From the IMG/VR virus record IMGVR_UViG_2617270998_000006, positions 1 to 46,468 of that record: DNA of 46,468 bases, one strand, 5' to 3'. Below are positions 28,211 through 37,168 of this stretch, piece by piece (the stretch's first letter is position 1; every line of letters starts with the position of its first letter). Origin of the DNA: a virus. Lineage: Duplodnaviria; Heunggongvirae; Uroviricota; Caudoviricetes. The notes beneath the pieces are model-generated. The model ran no database searches, was not told where the DNA came from, and saw only the letters and a list, made by a program, of their open reading frames with translations. The translations under genes and the position numbers were made by a program.

Positions 28211-29242
28211 ATGTCCAATTTACTGACCGTACACCAAAATTTGCCTGCATTACCGGTCGATGCAACGAGTGATGAGGTTCGCAAGAATCTGATGGACATG
28301 TTCAGGGATCGCCAGGCGTTTTCTGAGCATACCTGGAAAATGCTTCTGTCCGTTTGCCGGTCGTGGGCGGCATGGTGCAAGTTGAATAACCGGAAATGGT
28401 TTCCCGCAGAACCTGAAGATGTTCGCGATTATCTTCTATATCTTCAGGCGCGCGGTCTGGCAGTAAAAACTATCCAGCAACATTTGGGCCAGCTAAACAT
28501 GCTTCATCGTCGGTCCGGGCTGCCACGACCAAGTGACAGCAACGCTGTTTCACTGGTCATGCGGCGGATCCGAAAAGAAAACGTTGATGCCGGTGAACGT
28601 GCAAAACAGGCACTAGCGTTCGAACGCACTGATTTCGACCAGGTTCGTTCACTCATGGAAAATAGCGATCGCTGCCAGGATATACGTAATCTGGCATTTC
28701 TGGGGATTGCTTATAACACCCTGTTACGTATAGCCGAAATTGCCAGGATCAGGGTTAAAGATATTTCACGTACTGACGGTGGGAGAATGTTAATCCATAT
28801 TGGCAGAACGAAAACGCTGGTTAGCACCGCAGGTGTAGAGAAGGCACTTAGCCTGGGGGTAACTAAACTGGTCGAGCGATGGATTTCTGTCTCTGGTGTG
28901 GCTGATGATCCGAATAACTACTTGTTTTGCCGGGTCAGAAAAAATGGTGTTGCCTCGCCATCATCCACCAGCCAGCTATCAACTCGCGCCCTGGAAGGGA
29001 TTTTTGAAGCAACTCACCGATTGATTTACGGGGCTAAGGATGACTCTGGTCAGAGGTACCTGGCCTGGTCTGGACACAGTGCCCGTGTCGGAGCCGCGCG
29101 AGATATGGCCCGCGCCGGAGTTTCAATACCGGAGATCATGCAAGCTGGTGGCTGGACCAACGTAAATATTGTCATGAACTATATCCGTAATCTGGATAGT
29201 GAAACGGGGGCAATGGTGCGCCTGCTGGAAGATGGTGATTAG
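28211..29242 (+). CDS. cre: Cre tyrosine recombinase
   Basis: 343-aa ORF essentially identical to P1 Cre as I recall it (MSNLLTVHQNLPALPVDATSDEVRKNLMDMF ... MVRLLEDGD) with a few apparent substitutions. Confidence 0.95.
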   Translation: MSNLLTVHQNLPALPVDATSDEVRKNLMDMFRDRQAFSEHTWKMLLSVCRSWAAWCKLNNRKWFPAEPEDVRDYLLYLQARGLAVKTIQQHLGQLNMLHRRSGLPRPSDSNAVSLVMRRIRKENVDAGERAKQALAFERTDFDQVRSLMENSDRCQDIRNLAFLGIAYNTLLRIAEIARIRVKDISRTDGGRMLIHIGRTKTLVSTAGVEKALSLGVTKLVERWISVSGVADDPNNYLFCRVRKNGVASPSSTSQLSTRALEGIFEATHRLIYGAKDDSGQRYLAWSGHSARVGAARDMARAGVSIPEIMQAGGWTNVNIVMNYIRNLDSETGAMVRLLEDGD

Positions 29243-29259
29243 CCGTCAACGCATAATAA

Positions 29260-29276
29260 ATTGCTCTAATTATTTG
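29260..29276 (+). promoter_or_regulatory. C1 repressor operator
   Basis: ATTGCTCTAATTATTTG between cre and the next gene. Confidence 0.55.
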
Positions 29277-29292
29277 ATATTTATGGTGGCAT

Positions 29293-29604
29293 ATGAGAAA
29301 GGATTTCAACATCGACGGAAAATATGTAGTGCTGTCTGTAAGCACTAATATTCAGTCGCCAGCCGTCATTGTCACTGTAAAGCTGAGCGATAGAATGCCT
29401 GATATTGACTCAATATCCGTTGCGTTTCCTGTCAAAAGTATGCGTAGTGCTGAACATTTCGTAATGAATGCCACCGAGGAAGAAGCACGGCGCGGTCTTG
29501 GTAAAGTGATGTCTGAGTTTGTCGAATTTCTGGGGCTCGTTAACAAAGCCCTCACAATCAGTTCAGCAAGGTCCAAAGCGTTAACAGCTTCCATGATGAA
29601 ATAA
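29293..29604 (+). CDS. hypothetical protein (P1 cra-like by position)
   Basis: 103-aa ORF immediately downstream of cre. Confidence 0.45.
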   Translation: MRKDFNIDGKYVVLSVSTNIQSPAVIVTVKLSDRMPDIDSISVAFPVKSMRSAEHFVMNATEEEARRGLGKVMSEFVEFLGLVNKALTISSARSKALTASMMK

Positions 29605-29630
29605 AAAAAAGCCTGGCAAGGAGCCAGGCT
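29603..29630 (-). terminator. rho-independent terminator, minus-strand orientation
   Basis: Hairpin GCCTGGC-AAGGA-GCCAGGC preceded on the plus strand by A8, so a T-run follows the hairpin on the minus strand. Confidence 0.5.
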
Positions 29631-29736
29631 GCACAAAAGAGCGGGTTTGTATTCCGCATCCAATCAATCAAGAAGGAGTATAGCACACAGGTACTGAAGT
29701 GAAAAAATGTGATTCGCGATAAACAAAATATCTACC

Positions 29737-29760
29737 ATTGCTCTAATTGATTGCTATAAT
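29737..29760 (+). promoter_or_regulatory. C1 operator overlapping a -10 element (ref promoter)
   Basis: ATTGCTCTAATTGATTG followed directly by TATAAT. Confidence 0.55.
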
Positions 29761-29818
29761 TGAGCCGCAGTTTTTGTCAACTACGAAGACGTGCCATTAC
29801 TTAACTCCTTGACATCAT

Positions 29819-29844
29819 AGGCGGCCATTAGGCCGCCTTTTTTT
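29819..29844 (+). terminator. terminator-like hairpin in the ref leader
   Basis: AGGCGGCC-ATTA-GGCCGCCT followed by T7, ending 6 nt before the ref ATG. Confidence 0.5.
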
Positions 29845-29850
29845 GACCAT

Positions 29851-30411
29851 ATGAAAACAATCGAACAAAAAATTGAACAGTGCCGCAAGTGGCAGAAGGC
29901 AGCCAGAGAACGAGCGATCGCTCGGCAACGGGAGAAGTTGGCTGATCCGGTCTGGCGAGAATCTCAATATCAGAAAATGCGAGATACTATCGACCGCCGT
30001 ATCGCTAAACAGAAAGAGCGCCCACCAGCCAGCAAAACGCGGAAAAGCGCTGTAAAAATAAAATCTCGTGGCTTGAAGGGGAGAACACCAACGGCGGAGG
30101 AACGGCGCATCGCCAATGCTCTTGGCGCTCTCCCCTGCATTGCCTGCTATATGCATGGAGTAATATCTAATGAGGTGTCTCTGCACCATATCGCTGGTCG
30201 TACCGCGCCGGGTTGTCATAAAAAGCAATTGCCACTTTGTAGATGGCACCACCAGCATGCAGCACCGGCTGAAGTAAGAGCAAAATACCCCTGGCTGGTC
30301 CCTGTTCATGCCGATGGTGTGGTTGGAGGCAAGAAAGAATTCACCCTGCTGAACAAGTCAGAGATGGAGTTACTGGCTGACGCCTATGAGATGGCAAACA
30401 TCATGCACTAA
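29851..30411 (+). CDS. ref: Ref, HNH-type recombination enhancement endonuclease
   Basis: 186-aa ORF with basic N-terminus and Cys/His-rich HNH-like core (CIACYMHG...HHIAG...CRWHHQ); recognised as P1 Ref. Confidence 0.8.
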   Translation: MKTIEQKIEQCRKWQKAARERAIARQREKLADPVWRESQYQKMRDTIDRRIAKQKERPPASKTRKSAVKIKSRGLKGRTPTAEERRIANALGALPCIACYMHGVISNEVSLHHIAGRTAPGCHKKQLPLCRWHHQHAAPAEVRAKYPWLVPVHADGVVGGKKEFTLLNKSEMELLADAYEMANIMH

Positions 30412-30599
30412 TAAATATATTATTTTTAATGATAAATGATTGACAACTGACAAGTGACTTCAGTCAGAATCATCACACGCCCGGTACGGATGGATCCCTT
30501 TTCAAATATTCCATGGACGGCACAGTCTGAGTACCGGGCGCTACCTTCAGTTGTATTGCTAAGCCGCCGCTGGTGGCTTTTCTTTTTTGTAGGGGCGCT

Positions 30600-31241
30600 A
30601 TGGATAAGAAAATATGCGTTGTTTCGATGAGCGTCGGCAAACCGGCGTCAATGACTGCTGCATGGATCAATAACGAGCTGATAATGGCTGAGCGGACCAG
30701 CTACCCTGAACGCCGCCGCGACATGGAACTCCAGCTGCTGCGCGAATTGCGAGAAAAAGAGGAAAAGGGTTTTATCGTGCTGGTGGAAGAGGAAAACAGC
30801 TTTATTACTGGTCGAGTTGGCCAGCGTGTAAGGTTGCGCGATCCCTTCATGAACGGCAGGCCGGTACTAATTGAGGCAATGCAGATTTATAAGGAGCTGG
30901 AACGCCAGAAAGCAATCAAGTTACCGCGCAAGGAATCCGGCAAATACATCCTCCACCAAAGCATCTTCGATTCCGAACACGATAAAAAAGGCGATGAATT
31001 TTTCAACATCAATTGGAGCGAAATAACGACAGAGCATGTTCTGACGTTACTCTGTTGCTTTGCGACGGAATACAACAACGTTGCCAGCGCCGACTACATC
31101 AGGGCAATGGCTTGTGAAGTGGATAGTCGTGATGACTCATCGCTGATAGCGTCATATATAAACATCATCAAGAAAACTCAAATTATGGGATGCGCTAGAG
31201 TTCCTCAAGGAATACTCACCGGAAAGAATAATATTCTATAA
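30600..31241 (+). CDS. hypothetical protein (P1 mat-position gene)
   Basis: Start moved to internal ATG (MDKKICVV...); last plus-strand gene before the variable region. Confidence 0.4.
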   Translation: MDKKICVVSMSVGKPASMTAAWINNELIMAERTSYPERRRDMELQLLRELREKEEKGFIVLVEEENSFITGRVGQRVRLRDPFMNGRPVLIEAMQIYKELERQKAIKLPRKESGKYILHQSIFDSEHDKKGDEFFNINWSEITTEHVLTLLCCFATEYNNVASADYIRAMACEVDSRDDSSLIASYINIIKKTQIMGCARVPQGILTGKNNIL

Positions 31242-31338
31242 CCTACGAAGGTTATTTGTTACTTTCTGCGTAAACCTACAACTAACCTTCCTAAGTTAAG
31301 GAAGGTATTTATCATGAAGTGTAGACATAAGCGTATTA

Positions 31339-32379
31339 TTACATGGGCTTAACCACAACCTTTCCGTATATATCAAGTTTTGAATGTAATACGTTGACGT
31401 GAGACAATTCTTTATTCGAACTAACTTTATCTAAAATTATATTTTTATCTTTTTCAGTCATGTTATACCCTAAGGTAATTTGCTTGAATGCAGAAAAAGG
31501 AATTTTCTTTAAGTTAATTTCATGATAGTCATGAAAAACATCAGGATACTCATTTAATAGGCAGTCATCAATCGATGGAGAGACAATGCTTCCTATTTTT
31601 CTCTCGCAATCAGCCAATGGAAAAATAATTCTACTTTCATTTTCAGGAAGCCACTCTTCACCTTTTGTATAAAGAAGCCTATTAATAAAAAGCTCGCGAA
31701 CTGAATCTCGATTTAAGATCCCATGCAATGTATTATCTTTATTCTTTATATCTATATTCCTCGATGGCGCAGGATAGCCATTAAATCGCACAGCGCCTTT
31801 ATAATAGGTTACAGATGCTCTATCTTCTGGATTATAACTAACATCACACGGCCGATATATTTTGAAAAAATCGTGTGTTTCATCGAAAACTACAGCAAAC
31901 CCCTTTCCTATCGATGCATAATGAGTCCACATGTGTAGATTGCAATCACTTTTTGATAGAGAGAACACACCAAGATGACAGCTTACGGCTTCTACTAAAT
32001 AATCGTTAAGGTACGTTACTATTTCTTGGAGTTTAGATTCATCATATGAATCCATTGAGGTAAAACCTTCATTGATTAACAAGTGTGGAAAATCCTCTCC
32101 GTATCGTTTCCCGCAAGGTTTTAAATAATACTCTAACTCTTGTATAGATGGGACATAAGATGGATCTCGTTGCATTTTCTTAAATTCATTTCTAGCCCAT
32201 GCGTAATCGGCTGGTGAAAATTTATTAAAAAATGGAAGAAGTCGCGACTCACTCGACGGATCATTAAGATACTTTGGTTGCGTTGCTCTAAAGAAACCAT
32301 CCTCCAGACAAGATGTTCTAATGTGCATGCCCGGCCAAGGTTTATCCATATAACTCTCGCCTATATATTTAACTAACAC
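31339..32379 (-). CDS. DUF2971-like protein
   Basis: 346-aa ORF, visibly AT-rich; N-terminal FxxxxPxxxNDPxxE-like segment (FFRATQPKYLNDPSSE) and central VFSLS...HMWTHYASIGKGFAVVFD resembling the DUF2971 signature. Confidence 0.5.
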   Translation of the reverse strand: MLVKYIGESYMDKPWPGMHIRTSCLEDGFFRATQPKYLNDPSSESRLLPFFNKFSPADYAWARNEFKKMQRDPSYVPSIQELEYYLKPCGKRYGEDFPHLLINEGFTSMDSYDESKLQEIVTYLNDYLVEAVSCHLGVFSLSKSDCNLHMWTHYASIGKGFAVVFDETHDFFKIYRPCDVSYNPEDRASVTYYKGAVRFNGYPAPSRNIDIKNKDNTLHGILNRDSVRELFINRLLYTKGEEWLPENESRIIFPLADCERKIGSIVSPSIDDCLLNEYPDVFHDYHEINLKKIPFSAFKQITLGYNMTEKDKNIILDKVSSNKELSHVNVLHSKLDIYGKVVVKPM

Positions 32380-32431
32380 TGTATGTCGATCCTGTTGTTT
32401 AAGCCCATATCATATGGGCTTTAAATGATTA

Positions 32432-32680
32432 TTAATCAGCATTCAGAAGCAATGCGTTATCTATGATGATCTGCTCCCATTCTTCGAATGCCCGATCGCG
32501 GACACCTTGGGGAACACTGTTAGTTTTGAAATCGACGACCGTCCGCCATTTCCCGTCCGGGCGGTACATGCGCAGAGCTTTACTTCCCCCTTCCCTGCGC
32601 ACCTCAACGTTATGCTTGTCAGCAAACTCTTGTAATGCTCGTAGCGTCCCATGCTTTACTGTGTAGTATCGCTTTTTCAA
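32432..32680 (-). CDS. hypothetical small protein, weak HicA/YcfA-like resemblance
   Basis: 82-aa ORF; segment LQEFADKHNVEVRREGGSKALRMYRPDGKWRTVVDF resembles HicA but lacks the GSHH histidines. Confidence 0.3.
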   Translation of the reverse strand: MKKRYYTVKHGTLRALQEFADKHNVEVRREGGSKALRMYRPDGKWRTVVDFKTNSVPQGVRDRAFEEWEQIIIDNALLLNAD

Positions 32681-32778
32681 GTTTTCTCTCCAGCCTGTGC
32701 CAAGGCTTCAACTTCCAAATCGTAAGACTCAAACTCATAGTCCTGGTCGTCAACTTCTTCAGGCACTGGCAGTAAATG

Positions 32779-33117
32779 CTAGGCTGAGTATATCTGACCA
32801 TTATCAAAACGCTCCTGGCTGTAGAGCGTCGCGGCTATGAGTGTTAGCGCCGGGCGGTCATAACGGTAAATTTTGCGAACGTCACGGTCAACGAGACGAC
32901 CGAAATTACCATAACCGCGCTCCAGTAATAATTTTTTAATTTCCGGCCAGTATGGGCCATAGCTGCGGTACAGACGGGGATTTTTCAGTAATCGCCCGCG
33001 TAGCCCTGACAGGAAGAAATCAACGTATTCGTCTTCTGTCTTTCCTAACAACGCTGTACGGAGTACCGCTTCAAGATATGTTTTATTCGGTTTTATTGTA
33101 TCAGATAGTGTGGCCAT
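32779..33117 (-). CDS. hypothetical protein
   Basis: 112-aa ORF co-oriented with neighbours; no motif recognised. Confidence 0.4.
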   Translation of the reverse strand: MATLSDTIKPNKTYLEAVLRTALLGKTEDEYVDFFLSGLRGRLLKNPRLYRSYGPYWPEIKKLLLERGYGNFGRLVDRDVRKIYRYDRPALTLIAATLYSQERFDNGQIYSA

Positions 33118-33150
33118 ATTATGCGACGCCCGGCGAACCGGGCGCTCCTG

Positions 33151-34518
33151 TTATGCGTATTGTTGGATGACGGCCAGAACGTCCGCCACGTTGTGTTTTG
33201 TCTCGATAATCCACCAGTTACCCGGGAAATCGCTGTTCTTTGCCTTCGCTGGCAGCCAGCGAGCGCCGAATTTCGCCTTGATTGCGTCTTTCGCACGGAA
33301 AAGAATGCCTTTCATGCCGGACGCCTCCTGAAGCCCAAATACCTCGCCAGCGGCGAATTTTGGTGCGTACATCATCTTCAGGTCGGCGGTGGATACGCGA
33401 TAATTCAGACCAAGAGACTGAGCTATGCTGGTGGCATCACCCTGTATTGATGATAACTCTTCTTGTTTCTCGTTTCTGGCGGCAATTTCTTCCTCCGTGA
33501 TGTTGCCAAGGGCCAGGTTTATCCGATCAGCGTCGGCCTGTTTCTCTTCATCGGTGCGCCCGGCAAGAACCGTGTTAATTCTCTGCAATATCTCCACATG
33601 ATTCTTGCGCATGCTGAGCAATTCCGGCGTAACATCGTTAAGAGCCACCAGCCCAAGGATGGCAAGGTCGGAAAACATTGATACCAGGTTGTAGGTCATG
33701 CGATAGCTGAGTTGGCCATAGGCTGATGGCAACTGCACCGCATCCATTTGATAGGCATCCATAAATTTAGAGCCGTCGTTTACGACATCCGCAATTGCCG
33801 GTGTGATTTTCCCTGTGGTGGCGGCCTCCCTGATTGCTGTTACCCACGATTGAGTCAGCGCGGCGACTGCATGATTCAGATTGGCTTTCCGTTCTGCTGC
33901 AATGCGCGCGCTTGCTGCGTCCATTGCCTGCTTGATCTCGTCTTTATTGCTGTAAATGCCAATGGGACCAAACTGTGTTGTGGTGATCTCATAATCTGAC
34001 GCCCGGAACTCATTGGTACCGAAAATGGCATTGGTGACCTCAAGTTCAGAATCCCCGTTACGAGTAGCCCCCTGACTTGTTTTCTCCGGCATTTTTGCGA
34101 TCGCATCCGCTATTTTCTCCTGAATTGCTTCAGGGGATAGCGTATCTCCGTATGACGCGATTACATCGCTATAATTGGATCCAAACAGTTCAGTCAGGAA
34201 TACTTCTGCCAAACGGACCTGGCGGTTATTCCCTTCCGACATCATACCAAGCACCCATTTAGCAATTGACGACTTCAGCGCGCCGTCACGGCGATCCGGG
34301 TAAACCGCATGCTTCAGTGGGTCCGTATAGGTACCAACAAAATCAATGCTATAGCCTGACTCTGTAGTCTGAACGCCGTATGAGTCAGTGATTTTGATCA
34401 TGCCGCGCTGCTGGAAACGGTAGAAATCGTCACAGGAAATGATGTCGTTAATCCCGGCGATGGAGACGCCACCACTGATTTTCTGCATAACAGCATCTTC
34501 ATCGGGAGTTACATCCAC
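33151..34518 (-). CDS. hypothetical protein (455 aa), downstream partner of an overlapping two-gene operon
   Basis: Start overlaps the upstream gene stop by 10 nt; no catalytic or nucleotide-binding motif recognised. Confidence 0.5.
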   Translation of the reverse strand: MDVTPDEDAVMQKISGGVSIAGINDIISCDDFYRFQQRGMIKITDSYGVQTTESGYSIDFVGTYTDPLKHAVYPDRRDGALKSSIAKWVLGMMSEGNNRQVRLAEVFLTELFGSNYSDVIASYGDTLSPEAIQEKIADAIAKMPEKTSQGATRNGDSELEVTNAIFGTNEFRASDYEITTTQFGPIGIYSNKDEIKQAMDAASARIAAERKANLNHAVAALTQSWVTAIREAATTGKITPAIADVVNDGSKFMDAYQMDAVQLPSAYGQLSYRMTYNLVSMFSDLAILGLVALNDVTPELLSMRKNHVEILQRINTVLAGRTDEEKQADADRINLALGNITEEEIAARNEKQEELSSIQGDATSIAQSLGLNYRVSTADLKMMYAPKFAAGEVFGLQEASGMKGILFRAKDAIKAKFGARWLPAKAKNSDFPGNWWIIETKHNVADVLAVIQQYA

Positions 34519-35300
34519 CTGTTATCCAGCGTCTTCACATCCCAGTTACCCGATTTGGTGCCTTTGAAGGTAAAGATGATCTCCACGTCTGCGCGCTGGC
34601 TGTCGAAGTCCAGCGACTTAATGCGAACGATATCACCGGCACAATCGTAGTATTGGCCTACACGCCATGAGCGATCGCCGATAACAAGGAACTCACTCGC
34701 ATGGTTAACCAGGTCAGGATCAACATCCAGAATGCCTTTATTTATTGCATCCTCCACCAGCGGGCGCAGGCGTTTGATATCCGTCGCGGCCTTCTGAGTA
34801 CGGTTCAATAATTTCTCATAGCGGGAGATGGCTTGAGAGATATTAGCCTTGCGCTGAATGGCGCTTTTCAACGACGCGCGATACTGTGCTAACAACATAC
34901 GGTCTGTGTGATGGACACTCCCCCAGCGGGCCTTCCAGTCTGCGTTATCAGCTGCTTTGGCCATTACCGCCTGTTTGAATTTAGCTACCTCGGCGGTGGT
35001 CTTTTCAAATTCCGCTTTGCTTCGCTCTAATTCAGCGGTAAGTACCTCCACATCCTCACCAGCTGCGTGCTGCGCCTTGATGTAGTTCTGAAGGTCGATA
35101 GTAGCCTGTTCTTTCTGGCGAGCGCGTTGCGCGGCTTTCGCCTTATCCATTTGAACCTGCATCATTGCCAGACGTTCACCGTCATCCTTCGCGGTATACA
35201 TCTGCATTTCGATCATATCATTGGCGTCGGCGTTCTCCATTTCTGACTTATCTGAACGGAGGATATCGGAGATCCTGGGCTTCGTTTGGGAAACGTACAA
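34509..35300 (-). CDS. hypothetical coiled-coil protein (about 263 aa)
   Basis: N-terminal half Lys/Ala/Glu-rich and coiled-coil-like; start uncertain (ORF track uses a TTG that lies inside a 16-bp palindrome; first ATG is 20 codons in). Confidence 0.45.
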   Translation of the reverse strand: MYVSQTKPRISDILRSDKSEMENADANDMIEMQMYTAKDDGERLAMMQVQMDKAKAAQRARQKEQATIDLQNYIKAQHAAGEDVEVLTAELERSKAEFEKTTAEVAKFKQAVMAKAADNADWKARWGSVHHTDRMLLAQYRASLKSAIQRKANISQAISRYEKLLNRTQKAATDIKRLRPLVEDAINKGILDVDPDLVNHASEFLVIGDRSWRVGQYYDCAGDIVRIKSLDFDSQRADVEIIFTFKGTKSGNWDVKTLDNRWM

Positions 35301-35309
35301 TATTGTACG
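35294..35309. promoter_or_regulatory. perfect 16-bp palindrome CGTACAATATTGTACG (candidate operator)
   Basis: Overlaps the 5' end of the coiled-coil gene; the half-site ACGTACAATA recurs at 35478-35487. Confidence 0.3.
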
Positions 35310-35478
35310 GTTGCGCTATTGCGGTAGGGTGTACTCCAACGCTATACGGTCTTTGGCAGACCTTTAGGGAAATGAGATAAGCTAAATGCGATAAGAGAAA
35401 AGCAATAACTTAAAGGCAATAGCTGATTACGATAAATCAATCAGTTACTTATCAGTATCGATTAAAAAATGCTCCTAA

Positions 35479-35925
35479 CGTACAATAATTTCCGTTTCCC
35501 AAACCGCCCCCTCCGATCCCGCGCCGGTCTACCCGCAGACGCATCTGAGTTTTCTGGCAAACGTCTATAACCAGAAGGCGCGTGAGTTCTACCATTGTTA
35601 TGGCGTACAGTTGATCGACGCGGCGTATGAAGCGCATCAAGAAAAGGGCGATGTGCCTGTGATGATCACCAAGCATTGCCTGCGTTTTGCCTTTAATCTT
35701 TGCCCGAAACAGGCGAAAGGTAACATCAAAAGCTGGAAAGCGACGCCAATGCAACTGGTCAACGGTGATGAGGTACTGACGCTGAAATTTGGCTGTCGCC
35801 CGTGTGAAATGCACGTTATCGGCAAGATTAAAGATCACATTCTTAAAATGCCGCTGCCGGGCAGCGTGGTGGGTTCCGTCAGTCCGGAAGATCCGATGAA
35901 AACGCTGCCGAAGCGTAAACCTTAA
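35479..35925 (+). pseudogene. 3' fragment of a chromosomal-type gene (possibly U32-family peptidase-like), 5' end missing
   Basis: Open frame starts abruptly after an in-frame TAA with no plausible start or SD for the first 40 codons; GC-rich, unlike the flanking AT-rich DNA; family guess from the C-terminal sequence only. Confidence 0.4.
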
Positions 35926-36029
35926 TCCTTTGCGACATCAGCCCGGTGGCGTTTACCGGGCCTTTGTGTTGGTATTTATTTCCGCCGGTTAACGCCTGGC
36001 CCAAAGCCGACATCCGGCGAGGTGTCCGC

Positions 36030-36158
36030 TTAATGCGCTTTAAACCCCGCCGCAGTCATGAGCAGGCGAAAAAACATGCCCACCGCCGCCAGCGCCAACA
36101 CGCTGCCGCCCCAAAGGATGACCAGCCACATCAGGCGTTTCCAGAGAGAATGTTGCAT
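36030..36158 (-). CDS. small membrane protein (42 aa), putative oxidase accessory subunit
   Basis: MQHSLWKRLMWLVILWGGSVLALAAVGMFFRLLMTAAGFKAH; ATG overlaps the subunit II stop, as for CydX/AppX-type peptides. Confidence 0.4.
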   Translation of the reverse strand: MQHSLWKRLMWLVILWGGSVLALAAVGMFFRLLMTAAGFKAH

Positions 36159-37168
36159 CAGTGATACCCCTCGCCATGTTGCACTTTGCCGCGAAACACA
36201 TAGTAACTCCAGAAGGTGTACACCAAAATCACCGGAATGATGAGCAGCGCACCGACCAGCATAAACCCCTGACTCTGGGCGGGGGCGGCTGCCTGCCAGA
36301 GGGTAACCGAAGGCGGAATAATGTGCGGCCAGATACTGATGCCCAGGCCGCTGAAACCAAGGAAGATTAGCCCGAGCGTCAGCACAAACGGAAACGTGTG
36401 GTTTTCCGGACGACCCAGTGTGCGCCATAACCAGACGCTGAACGCGATCACCAGCACCGGAACCGGCAGCAGATAGCCCAGGTTGGGAAGCGTAAACCAA
36501 CGGTCGGCGATCGCCGGATGCGCTAACGGTGTCCAGAGGCTGATTATCGCAATTGACAACAGCAGGGCCAGCAGCAGTTTTTTCGCGACGCTGCGCATTT
36601 TATCCTGAAGCGGATTTTCGCTTTTCATCACCAGCCAGGTTGCGCCTAAGAGCGCATAGGCAACGACCAGTCCGACGCCACAGAACAGAGTGAAGGGGGT
36701 TAACCAGTCGAACGGCCCGCCGCTGTAGCTGCGACCGGTCACCGGGAAACCGTTGATCACTGCGCCAACCACGATCCCTTGGGCGAAGGTAGCCAGAATC
36801 GACCCGCCGAGAAAAGCATGGTCCCAAAATGGGCGGTGGGCTGGCGTGGCCTTGAAGCGAAACTCGAAGGCCACGCCGCGAAAAATCAGTCCGATCAGCA
36901 TCAGCGTCAACGGAATGGTCAGCGCATCGATAATAACCGCATAGGCCATCGGGAAAGCCCCAAACAGCCCCGCGCCGCCCAGCACCAGCCAGGTTTCATT
37001 ACCGTCCCACACCGGCGCGACGCTATTGACCATCACATCACGATCCTCTGCGTTTCGTGTGACAGGAAACAGAATGCCAATACCCAAATCGAATCCATCC
37101 ATCACGATATACATTAGCGTGGCGAAAACGATGATCACAAACCAGATAACCGATAAATCAATACCCAT
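36158..37168 (-). CDS. cytochrome bd-type quinol oxidase subunit II (CydB/CioB-like)
   Basis: 336-aa polytopic membrane protein with CydB-like N-terminus (VMDGFDLGIG); start overlaps the subunit I stop. Confidence 0.85.
   Translation of the reverse strand: MGIDLSVIWFVIIVFATLMYIVMDGFDLGIGILFPVTRNAEDRDVMVNSVAPVWDGNETWLVLGGAGLFGAFPMAYAVIIDALTIPLTLMLIGLIFRGVAFEFRFKATPAHRPFWDHAFLGGSILATFAQGIVVGAVINGFPVTGRSYSGGPFDWLTPFTLFCGVGLVVAYALLGATWLVMKSENPLQDKMRSVAKKLLLALLLSIAIISLWTPLAHPAIADRWFTLPNLGYLLPVPVLVIAFSVWLWRTLGRPENHTFPFVLTLGLIFLGFSGLGISIWPHIIPPSVTLWQAAAPAQSQGFMLVGALLIIPVILVYTFWSYYVFRGKVQHGEGYH

Noticed and set aside
29815-30309. 164-aa minus-strand ORF
   Set aside because: Entirely antisense to ref, which has a recognisable HNH-like motif set; no start signals.
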